Assembly (NCBI GenBank): GCA_964416765.1
Contig: CAYQEU010000001.1
Span: forward strand, 212,480 to 276,479
Origin: an uncultured Candidatus Saccharibacteria bacterium
GTDB taxonomy: Bacteria > Patescibacteriota > Doudnabacteria > UBA920
DNA: 64,000 nt
Reading direction: 5' to 3'
Below the pieces are notes generated by a model that had not been told where the DNA came from, ran no database searches, and saw only the letters and a program-made list of their open reading frames with translations. The position numbers were made by a program, and so were the translations under genes. Positions 56,595-64,000 of the stretch are shown in pieces. How positions within the stretch are numbered: position 1 is the first letter of the stretch; every line of letters starts with the position of its first letter.

Positions 56595-57057
56595 CCAACC
56601 TTTCGGCTGGTGACCATGCTACTGGAAGCAAGACGGATAGCCGCCTTCATGTAGCATGGTTCTTGCGCCATACCTCGCATTTCTACGAGGGTTAGGACAT
56701 TAATTTGTTAAGCTAATTATACGATATTTTGACGATTCCGTATAATCCCGTCCATCCTATACTATTCCCCTGATTTTGCGAAGTCCCAAGTTATCAACAA
56801 GTTTTCTTGCGTTTCCAAAGGCTTTATGGTAATTTTTAAATACAAATTAATACATGCGAGGTTCTGCCCGGTTTCGCTCAGATTTTCCCGGAAGTAGTAC
56901 GCACCTATCACTGCGGTACTTCCAGACTCAGGATTCATAGACCCATGTTGGGGTACAACACCTTTTGGTGTCGTACTTCCACGTCCGTGGCCTCAAAGAA
57001 GTAACCGACCCAAAGGGGTCGGATTTTTGTTAATAGGCCGCGAGAAAGAAAAAATAT

Positions 57058-58341
57058 ATGGCAACGAATAAGTTGCAAATCCAGCAAGTTAGTATTGGAC
57101 TGCTTAAGCCCGCGCTTTATAACCCGAGGAAACACACGCCTCAGGCTATGGAGCAATTAAAAGCATCGATTAAGAGGTTCGGGTTAGTCGATCCCATTAT
57201 CGCCAATGGTGCTGCAAGCAGAAAGAATATTGTCATAGGAGGACACTTTAGACTGAAAGCTGCTAAAGAACTTGGATATAAACAAGTTCCGGTAGTTTAC
57301 TTAAACATTCCAAATGTTAAAAAAGAAACTGAATTAAATCTTCGGCTCAACCGCAATACGGGAGAATGGGATTTCGAGCTACTCAAGTCCTTCGATATGG
57401 ATCTGCTGCTGGATGTCGGCTTTGATGATACCAACCTTTCAAGTATTTGGAATGATACGCTGCAAACTGAGGATGATGAATTCGACGTTGAAAAAGAATT
57501 AAAGAAAACCAAGAAACCGAAAACCAAACCGGGCGAAATCTACCAGCTCGGCAGCCATAGATTAATCTGCGGCGATTCAACAAACGTAGATGTTGTAAAA
57601 ATCTTACTTGGCAAAAATCAGGCTGACATGGTTTACTGCGATCCGCCTTTCAATATTTCTCTGGACTACGACAAAGGCATCGGCAACAATGTTGGCAAAT
57701 ACGGCGGAATTCATACCAATGATAACCGGACGGATTTGGAATATCGCAAGTTCCTCAAAGCAACAATGGAAAATGGCTTAGCAGTTTCCAAGAAAAATTT
57801 ACACATATTCTACTTCTCCGACGAAACCTACATCGGTATGATCCAATCTTTATTTGCAGAATTAGGCCTGCAAAATCGTAGGGTTTGTATGTGGGTAAAG
57901 AATAACCAAAACCCTACACCGCAAATTGCTTTCAACAAGGTCTATGAACCAGTAACCTATGCGACCCGAGGCAATCCATACCTCGCTAAGATCGTGACTA
58001 ATCTTAACGAGATTTTGAATAAGGAGGTAGGTACTGGCAACCGTGTCCATGACGATATTTTAGACCTCTTTAATATCTGGCTCGCCAAGCGCAAAGCCGG
58101 ACAAGATTACAACCACCCAACCGAGAAACCGCCAACGCTTCATGAGAAAGCTTTGCGCCGTTGCACTAAACCTGGCAATTTAGTCTTAGATTTATTCGGC
58201 GGTAGTGGATCAACTTTGGTTGCGTGCGAGCAGCTCAAGCGCAAGTGCTTCTTGGTAGAATTCGAACCGATCTTTTGCGATCTGATTATTAAGCGTTTTG
58301 AAAAGCTAACGGGCATTAAAGCCAAGAAGTATGAAAACTAA
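57058..58341 (+). CDS. ParB-like nuclease domain fused to DNA N6-adenine/N4-cytosine methyltransferase (beta-class)
   Basis: ParB/Srx box IVIGGHFRLKAAKELG. MTase motif IV VYCDPPFN precedes motif I DLFGGSGST. Confidence 0.8.
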   Translation: MATNKLQIQQVSIGLLKPALYNPRKHTPQAMEQLKASIKRFGLVDPIIANGAASRKNIVIGGHFRLKAAKELGYKQVPVVYLNIPNVKKETELNLRLNRNTGEWDFELLKSFDMDLLLDVGFDDTNLSSIWNDTLQTEDDEFDVEKELKKTKKPKTKPGEIYQLGSHRLICGDSTNVDVVKILLGKNQADMVYCDPPFNISLDYDKGIGNNVGKYGGIHTNDNRTDLEYRKFLKATMENGLAVSKKNLHIFYFSDETYIGMIQSLFAELGLQNRRVCMWVKNNQNPTPQIAFNKVYEPVTYATRGNPYLAKIVTNLNEILNKEVGTGNRVHDDILDLFNIWLAKRKAGQDYNHPTEKPPTLHEKALRRCTKPGNLVLDLFGGSGSTLVACEQLKRKCFLVEFEPIFCDLIIKRFEKLTGIKAKKYEN

Positions 58342-58747
58342 GCAGCAAAAACAACTGCTTCTAGAGCAGCTCAAGAAAACGCCAATTGTTCAGGTTGCCT
58401 GTGAAAAGACTGGGGTCGGCAGGGCAACCTACTATCGCTGGATGAAAGATGATAAAGCCTTTGCCAAAGAGGCCGAAGAAGCCTTGCAAGCTGGAAGTCT
58501 CATGGTCAACGATATGGCTGAAAGCCAGCTTATGGCAGCCATTCGGGATAAAAATATGACGGCAATTATCTTTTGGCTGAAACACCATCATCCGACCTAC
58601 GGCACGAGAATAGAAATAAACGGACACTTAAAAACTTCTTTTGAAGAATTAACACCAGAGCAAGAAGCCTTAGTCCGTAAGGCTTTGAGGCTCGCAGCCT
58701 TGGATACTAATACCTATGATAATGGAAACACAAAACATACTCCCTGA
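58331..58747 (+). CDS. terminase small subunit-like HTH protein
   Basis: N-terminal HTH (VACEKTGVGRATYYRW). 138 aa. Overlaps the TerL start. Confidence 0.45.
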   Translation: MKTKQQKQLLLEQLKKTPIVQVACEKTGVGRATYYRWMKDDKAFAKEAEEALQAGSLMVNDMAESQLMAAIRDKNMTAIIFWLKHHHPTYGTRIEINGHLKTSFEELTPEQEALVRKALRLAALDTNTYDNGNTKHTP

Positions 58748-60233
58748 CCTCATTACTAAGATCATCAAGGACAAAGCAGTCAGAATTCAGGTAACTACAC
58801 AAAGCCACTTTTGGTTTTTCAACGTCTACTTTAGCGATTACGTAAGATATCAGACTGCCCCTTTCCAGCGAGAAATGTTTGCACTGAGCGAAGACGAAAC
58901 GATAAAAAATTTGGTTGTAGTGGCATTTCGCGGGTCTGGCAAAACCACCATATTTAATCAATCGTATCCGCTTTGGGCGATCCTCGGAAAACAACAGAAG
59001 AAATTCGTTCTTATACTTGCCGAGACTATGAATCAAGCCCGGCAAATATTAAAAAATATCAAGGAAGTTTTAGAAACCAATGACTTGCTTCGCAGAGACT
59101 TAGGGCCGTTCACTGAGGAGGAAACGAGGAACTCATCTACCATTAACTTCCTCAATTACAAAGCCAAAATTATGGTTGCTTCCAAAGAAAGCAGCATTCG
59201 CGGTATTAAGCACGGAGCACATCGGCCAGATTTGATCATCCTCGACGATATTGAAGATATTAATTCTGTTAAAACCCGCGAATCGAGAAACAACACATAT
59301 ACCTGGCTGACTGGAGATGTAATGCCGCTCGGCGACCCAAAGACTCGCCTGATCTTTATTGGTAATCTTCTGCATGAAGACTCACTCTTAATGCGGCTTA
59401 AAAATGGCATAGATGAAGGTAAGCTACGGGGTCAATATCGGCTATACCCTTTGGTGCAAGATGACAAAATTTTATGGCCCGGCATGTACCCAACAATGGA
59501 CGATATCGAGCAGTTGAGATTAAGCCAGGGAAACGAAATTGCATTCCAACGCGAGTACATGCTTAGAATTATTCCGGATGAAGACTGGGTAGTACAACCT
59601 GAGTGGATACAATACTACGACGTACTGCCAGACAGCAAATACCATGACTACACCTGTATTGGCATCGACCTTGCTATTTCAGAAAAAGAAGCTGCTGATT
59701 ATACTGCCATGGTACCGGCATTGGTAACCGGCAACAGAGATAATTTGAAAGTTTTTATCTTGCCCATGATTATTAACAAACGGCTAACGTTCTTAGAAAC
59801 ACAGGAGGAAGCAAAAAATCTCTCTATGGGTATTGGGAGCGGCAGGCGTGCAAAAATCTATGTCGAAGATGTTGCGTATCAGCGGGCATTCATCCAAGCG
59901 ATACACGCTGCCGGATTTCCTGTAAAAGGCGTTTCAGTGCACGGCCAAGACAAACGCGCAAGGCTTAATGCCAATGTATACCTTGTCCAAGCTGGCAAAG
60001 TTTTCTTTCCGACAAAAGGTGCAGAACTTCTAATCCAGCAACTCGTTCATTTTGGCGTGGAAAAGCATGATGACTTAGCAGACGCTTTTGGCATACTGCT
60101 ATCCAAAATCATTGAGGAAGATAACAAGGGAGGTATGGTCATAACTGGAACTTCGTACAGAAACCGATCGGACTGGAATACGCTCAACAGCAGGCAAAAA
60201 CATATGTTACAGGAAAGACACGGGGGTTATTAG
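58716..60233 (+). CDS. phage terminase large subunit (Terminase_6-like)
   Basis: ATPase P-loop VVAFRGSGKTT. Walker B LIILDDIEDI. C-terminal RNaseH-like nuclease acidic residues (VEDVAY.., HDDLADAF). Confidence 0.75.
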   Translation: MIMETQNILPDLITKIIKDKAVRIQVTTQSHFWFFNVYFSDYVRYQTAPFQREMFALSEDETIKNLVVVAFRGSGKTTIFNQSYPLWAILGKQQKKFVLILAETMNQARQILKNIKEVLETNDLLRRDLGPFTEEETRNSSTINFLNYKAKIMVASKESSIRGIKHGAHRPDLIILDDIEDINSVKTRESRNNTYTWLTGDVMPLGDPKTRLIFIGNLLHEDSLLMRLKNGIDEGKLRGQYRLYPLVQDDKILWPGMYPTMDDIEQLRLSQGNEIAFQREYMLRIIPDEDWVVQPEWIQYYDVLPDSKYHDYTCIGIDLAISEKEAADYTAMVPALVTGNRDNLKVFILPMIINKRLTFLETQEEAKNLSMGIGSGRRAKIYVEDVAYQRAFIQAIHAAGFPVKGVSVHGQDKRARLNANVYLVQAGKVFFPTKGAELLIQQLVHFGVEKHDDLADAFGILLSKIIEEDNKGGMVITGTSYRNRSDWNTLNSRQKHMLQERHGGY

Positions 60234-60415
60234 AGCCTAAAAAGTTACCAACAGGGCGTCCTGGACGCATCAAGAGGGTTCTGGCATCAATATACCGTAA
60301 GGAAAATTAACAATTCTTGCGGTAAGACCGCTGACAATAAGGCAAAACAGCGGATAGAGCGTGTAATATCACCTTTCCTAAACCTTTTTAGGCATGGAAG
60401 CAAAACCTTCCAGAG

Positions 60416-61723
60416 ATGCGCCGCAAGCCCAAAACAATGGAATTAGTACCAACCCAAACCAAATATTGCCTGTATGCTCGTAAGAGTACTGAGGACTCTT
60501 CCGAAAAACAGGCTTTGTCCATAGATTCTCAGGTCAAAGAAATGCTGGCTATTGCCGAGCGCGAAAATCTAGATGTCATAGACATTCGCCGCGAAGCCCA
60601 TTCGGCTAAGGATTCAGGACAGCGGCCAGTATTCCGCGAGCTATTATCGGATATTCGAAGCGGCAGGTTTAATGGTATTTTGACGTGGGCGCCGGATCGA
60701 CTGAGCCGTAATGCCGGAGACTTAGGGTCGGTGGTCGATTTAATGGATGAGAAGCTGCTAGTGGAAATAAAGACGTACGGCCAAACATTTAAGAATTCAC
60801 CGAACGAAAAGTTTTTACTGATGATTCTTTGCAGTCAAGCGAAACTAGAAAACGATAACAAGAGTATTAATGTAAAAAGAGGTTTGAGGACAAGATGCGA
60901 AATGGGATTATGGCCAGCCCCTGCGCCCATGGGTTACTTAAACGAAAAGAAAGTTGATAGAAAAGGCTATTTGATAATTGATCAAGAGCGTGCGCCAATT
61001 ATCAAACAAATGTTTGAAAAAGTAGCTTACGAAAAATGGAGCGGCCGCAAACTTTATCATTGGCTGAAGTTCGACCTTAATTTTAAAACTCCATTAGGCA
61101 ATAAAGGGTTAACCTTAAGCAATATTTACATAATTCTTCAAAATACTTTTTATTATGGCGATTTTGAGTTTCCCAGAAAAAGCGGTATCTGGTACAAAGG
61201 CAAGCACGAACCAATAATTAGTAAGGAACTGTTTGGCTTAGTTCAAGAACAAGTCAGGACGAATGTTATAAGGGTGGAAGACAAAGAATTTGCTTTTACA
61301 AAACTAATGACCTGCGGTTTATGCGGTTCGGGTGTTTCAGCTGATGAGAAATTCAAGAAGCAGAAAAACGGAAATATTCACCGCTATATCTATTACGGCT
61401 GCACGAAATCCCGAGACAAACACTGCAAAAGTGGGTATATTTCTGAAGATGATTTAATCACACAACTAGAAAAACTAGTGGATAAAGTTGACTTCAGCGA
61501 AGCAGATATTAAAGAGAAAATAAAGCATGAGGTAACGCGCTTCAAAAAGTTCCAGCAGTATGTAATTGGCGCAAAAGAAAAAATAGTTATCGGGAATATT
61601 GATATTCAAAACTATACGAAGTTTATTTTTAGGGAGGGTAGCAATACCGAGAAACGTGAACTGCTTACTTGTTTTAAAAACGATATACAAATTAATAGCA
61701 AGGAGGTTATCTTAGTCCAATAA
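60416..61723 (+). CDS. large serine recombinase (integrase/resolvase family)
   Basis: Catalytic motif YARKSTEDS..Q, recombinase domain, and Zn-ribbon CGLCGSG..YYGC. 435 aa. Confidence 0.8.
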   Translation: MRRKPKTMELVPTQTKYCLYARKSTEDSSEKQALSIDSQVKEMLAIAERENLDVIDIRREAHSAKDSGQRPVFRELLSDIRSGRFNGILTWAPDRLSRNAGDLGSVVDLMDEKLLVEIKTYGQTFKNSPNEKFLLMILCSQAKLENDNKSINVKRGLRTRCEMGLWPAPAPMGYLNEKKVDRKGYLIIDQERAPIIKQMFEKVAYEKWSGRKLYHWLKFDLNFKTPLGNKGLTLSNIYIILQNTFYYGDFEFPRKSGIWYKGKHEPIISKELFGLVQEQVRTNVIRVEDKEFAFTKLMTCGLCGSGVSADEKFKKQKNGNIHRYIYYGCTKSRDKHCKSGYISEDDLITQLEKLVDKVDFSEADIKEKIKHEVTRFKKFQQYVIGAKEKIVIGNIDIQNYTKFIFREGSNTEKRELLTCFKNDIQINSKEVILVQ

Positions 61724-61755
61724 GCGCATTATATTTTATAATCAACTACCTAATC

Positions 61756-62664
61756 TCATTCAATTTTTCTACCATCTCTCACCCCCAAAATATGGGGCCA
61801 CTCCATCCCGTCTTTTATCGTCCAATATAAGGATGGGTGACCGTTTAAATGTTTAAACCTTAATTCGCAGTCGGTAAGCGTTTTAGTCCTTCTGCGAATA
61901 AGGTAAGCATTAAGCCATCGCTTAGCAGCCGGCATTGACTGAAAACTTTTAATAGATTTAAGTCTCGCTTGTAAATGGGAATTATAGAGCTCGACTAAGT
62001 TTGTATCTCTCGGACAGTCTTTAATGGTTAGGTACTGAAACAGAATATCTCTGCGATCGTTAATTTCAAAAATTATATCCCTGACTTTTTGGTCGTCTTT
62101 GCCATAGCGATCAAGCACATACCGCATGGCACCAGTAATTGCCATATCCGTCTGCGCTTCCAAGAATACCCTATTCCTAAGGCTTGCAAAGAATTGATGA
62201 TAGGTGTCTTCCGTCCTTACCCGAAGAAAACGTCTTAGATTTTCTAAAAAGTGATTTTGGCAAAGTTGTATCTTAGCAAACGGATACGCCTTGGCCAGTG
62301 CTGACTTAACCGTCATTCGATCATCGCACACCACCACCTTGAGTGGATAACCACACTTCTTCAACTGTCGAAATATTTCAGTGAACGCTAAATGACTTTC
62401 AGACTTTGCCAACACCCCGACCGGGATATCATGGGTAAGGTAATCAATACCATAAATGAACGGTATCTTCTGGTTTTGATCTGCGACCTTCACAAACTTA
62501 CCGTCTAACACCAAAATACCAGAGAACTTTCGTGGGTCACAAAACTGTTCAGTTAGGGCAGTATTGTCAGGTAAGGTATTGAGTTGAGATACAACGTGAA
62601 CATACGCATCGGACCCTGATATATTATACTCGTCACCCAGTTTTCTAAAAGGTACACCATCCAC
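61756..62664 (-). mobile_element. IS256/Mutator-like DDE transposase, C-terminal ~300 aa. The N-terminal ~130 aa appears to sit in another frame at 62704-63090, so the gene is probably frameshifted or a pseudogene
   Basis: D (LVLDGKF), D (VVCDDRM) and the signature C-terminal TNLVELYNSHLQARLKSIKSF (TNxxExxN). The catalytic region begins near residue 50 of this ORF. Confidence 0.45.
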
Positions 62665-63184
62665 GTATTGGGATCCACAAAATCGGTGGTCTGGCGCCGT
62701 GATTTATCGAGAATGACTTATGACATGACTTACAAAAATATCGCTTCCGGCTTCCTTCGCTGCCGCGCTTAATAGTTCGCTTGCTACCACAGAGCAAGCA
62801 TTTTGGGTTCTTTTTTTTAACATTGCTGAGGCTAACTTAATTATTAAATTTCCCATAATTATAACAAAAATCCGGTCGAGTGTCGATGCTTTCCGCATTG
62901 CATTGTGTTGAAGATAACGTTCACGTTTGAGTGCTTGGACCGGCAATCGGCTTGACAACCAGTAAGGTGCGGAAAAAATTTCATCTAAGAAAGTATTATA
63001 TTTTGTTAGCAATTTCAAAAAGTAGAAATTAGATACATACAGTAAACACAATATGTTTAAGGTATATATCTGAATTTTACAAACGATCACTAGTCAAACC
63101 ACGATTTTGTCGCTCATCTGTGAGCGGCTTTTTAATTTGACGCACGAAAATTTAAACGGAAAGCGGATCCGTCCGTCCATGACA

Positions 63185-63214
63185 TTGCATGTAAATATGG
63201 AGTGCTGGTATAAT
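63185..63214 (+). promoter_or_regulatory. sigma70-like promoter TTGCAT-18-TGgTATAAT
   Basis: Near-consensus -35 with an extended -10, pointing rightward into the structured non-coding region. Confidence 0.5.
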
Positions 63215-63220
63215 ATTCAG

Positions 63221-63525
63221 TAGAAAAGCCTAAACTCTGCAATTTTGCAGAGCATGGCATTATCCTCAGCAACAGAGACGGCTCTCCGACCGCCACTCGT
63301 TGCTGAGGTGCCCAATCGCAAGGTTGGGAGACGGTACCCGAAAGGGTGCCGCCGGTAGGTAGGGGGGCCCTTTTTGAATCCCTGCCTACCAAAATAACCT
63401 CAGCAACAACCAACGAAATAAAAAGTAAACATGGCCGCAAAGGGCTCCCCCTCCATTTTCGGTCAATACTGCTTATAAAACAAAAGGTTGCTACTGCTGA
63501 GACTGCTGCTCAGCAGTTTTATTTT
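63221..63525 (+). ncRNA. candidate structured non-coding RNA of ~300 nt, unidentified family
   Basis: Sits between the promoter and a terminator (ctgctgag-actgctg-ctcagcag + TTTTATTTT, 63494-63525). Contains a 5' palindrome (63235-63252), mutually exclusive helices built from three CCTCAGCAAC or GTTGCTGAGG elements, a GAAA-tetraloop hairpin whose G.U pair only works on the + strand (63333-63350), and GC-rich stems. Confidence 0.45.
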
Positions 63526-64000
63526 GTCTAGCCAATTCTGCGTTCTCTTTCCAAACACTATACTTTTCCACCAAAGTTTGTCGGAGCTCATACGTATTAC
63601 CGTGGCTTAGAAGCCCTAAATATGACTGCAAAGTTTCATTTCTTGGATTCTGCTTCACTCTACGGAAAGCTCTTCGTTCTGTACTTTTCCGTACGATTCT
63701 ATGAGTGGGAAAATGAACCCAGCCTAGAAAATCAACACCGGAAGCGAGAGGTTTAATAAATAACTTATCCGGATGTAAAGACAGATGCAAGTTTGTTTCT
63801 AAATAAGTAGAAATGTTGGGAATCAAATTTTCTAAATAAGAGCGATCGTGATGGAATATTACAAAATCATCTGCATAGCGGATACAATGCTGGACTTTCA
63901 GTTTCCGCTTCAAAAACTGATCGAATTCATTCATGTAAACATTCACTAAAAGCTGCGAGGTCAGGTTACCAAGCGGCAAACCTATATTGGGCCTGCCTTG
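63491..64000 (-). CDS. reverse transcriptase, partial (N-terminus beyond window end), with diversity-generating-retroelement-type motifs
   Basis: The frame stays open to the window edge: ..QGRPNIGLPLGNLTSQLLVNVYMNEFD (RT motif 4 with SQ rather than the SP seen in group II and retron RTs) then IRYADDFVIF (motif 5 YxDD). The ORF track starts at 63979 only because the frame runs off the window. Confidence 0.8.
   Translation of the reverse strand, partial: QGRPNIGLPLGNLTSQLLVNVYMNEFDQFLKRKLKVQHCIRYADDFVIFHHDRSYLENLIPNISTYLETNLHLSLHPDKLFIKPLASGVDFLGWVHFPTHRIVRKSTERRAFRRVKQNPRNETLQSYLGLLSHGNTYELRQTLVEKYSVWKENAELARQNKTAEQQSQQ

Larger units (their letters stand above)
47093..61723. mobile_element. 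AT-rich horizontally acquired island / degenerate prophage- or satellite-like integrative element (boundaries approximate)
   Basis: Visibly lower GC than the flanking chromosome. Carries TerS-like, TerL, ParB-MTase and large serine recombinase genes plus a helicase-nuclease cargo operon. No capsid or tail genes in the window. Confidence 0.5.

Noticed and set aside
63132-63440. 102-aa minus-strand ORF and 61-aa plus-strand ORF (63346-63531) over the structured region
   Set aside because: They overlap the densely paired ncRNA candidate, have no RBS, and consist of odd low-complexity translations. Most likely spurious.
63221-63525. Identity of the structured RNA as RNase P RNA, tmRNA, SRP RNA or 6S RNA
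   Set aside because: None of the conserved blocks is present by eye: no RNase P P4 or GGUGAAA-type core, no tRNA-like 5' GGGG and 3' T-arm/CCA with tag ORF, no SRP domain IV motif. A covariance-model search would be needed to be certain.
1-64000. CRISPR arrays, rRNA and tRNA genes
   Set aside because: No regularly spaced direct repeats, no rRNA-like conserved blocks and no convincing cloverleaf candidates were seen by eye anywhere in the window. Small tRNAs could still be missed without a covariance search.

Overview
The window is roughly 50% GC and reads like a compact bacterial chromosome in which almost every gap is a terminator or promoter. The content is consistent with a Patescibacteria (CPR-like) genome, but that is a guess. 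Gene calls rest on sequence motifs read by eye from the six-frame ORF track.

Positions 1 to about 44.8 kb are housekeeping:
- a glycosylation-type membrane module (GT-C-like protein, GtrA);
- dnaX, htrA, ruvX, galT;
- a contiguous glycolysis and pentose-phosphate cluster (tpiA, rpiB, rpe, split transketolase N and C subunits, a PfkB kinase, gap, pgk, gpmI);
- recJ, rnhA, mreB, dinB;
- a sensor kinase with a stand-alone receiver, and trmH;
- the mraZ-rsmH-ftsL-ftsI division cluster and PBP1A;
- msrAB, a MarR plus MFS pair, two NUDIX genes, ddl, an aldo/keto reductase, and engB.

Positions 44.8 to 46.2 kb hold a small stress-type locus: two tandem KGG-repeat mini-proteins that the ORF track missed, and a Cys-rich mini-protein.

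From about 47.1 kb the sequence turns clearly AT-rich and looks horizontally acquired:
- a tightly overlapping five-gene minus-strand operon headed by a 1539-aa SF1 helicase with a C-terminal DUF559/Vsr-like nuclease, followed by an RmuC-family protein, two unknowns (one with a duplicated C4 zinc ribbon) and a small membrane protein;
- then a Zn-ribbon membrane protein, a ParB-nuclease-domain DNA methyltransferase, small and large terminase subunits, and a large serine recombinase.

I read this as a degenerate prophage or satellite-like integrative element carrying a candidate, apparently undescribed, helicase-nuclease/RmuC defence module. This is the most interesting part of the window.

At the right edge there is an IS256/Mutator-like transposase that appears frameshifted. 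Next to it is a roughly 300-nt structured non-coding RNA with its own promoter and terminator. It lies convergent to a truncated reverse transcriptase whose motifs (LGNLTSQ, YADD) match diversity-generating-retroelement RTs.

Other candidate regulatory DNA includes MraZ boxes, an 18-bp perfect palindrome at the dinB promoter, a MarR operator, and a shared CTCTGCAA..TTGCAGAG palindrome at two distant loci.
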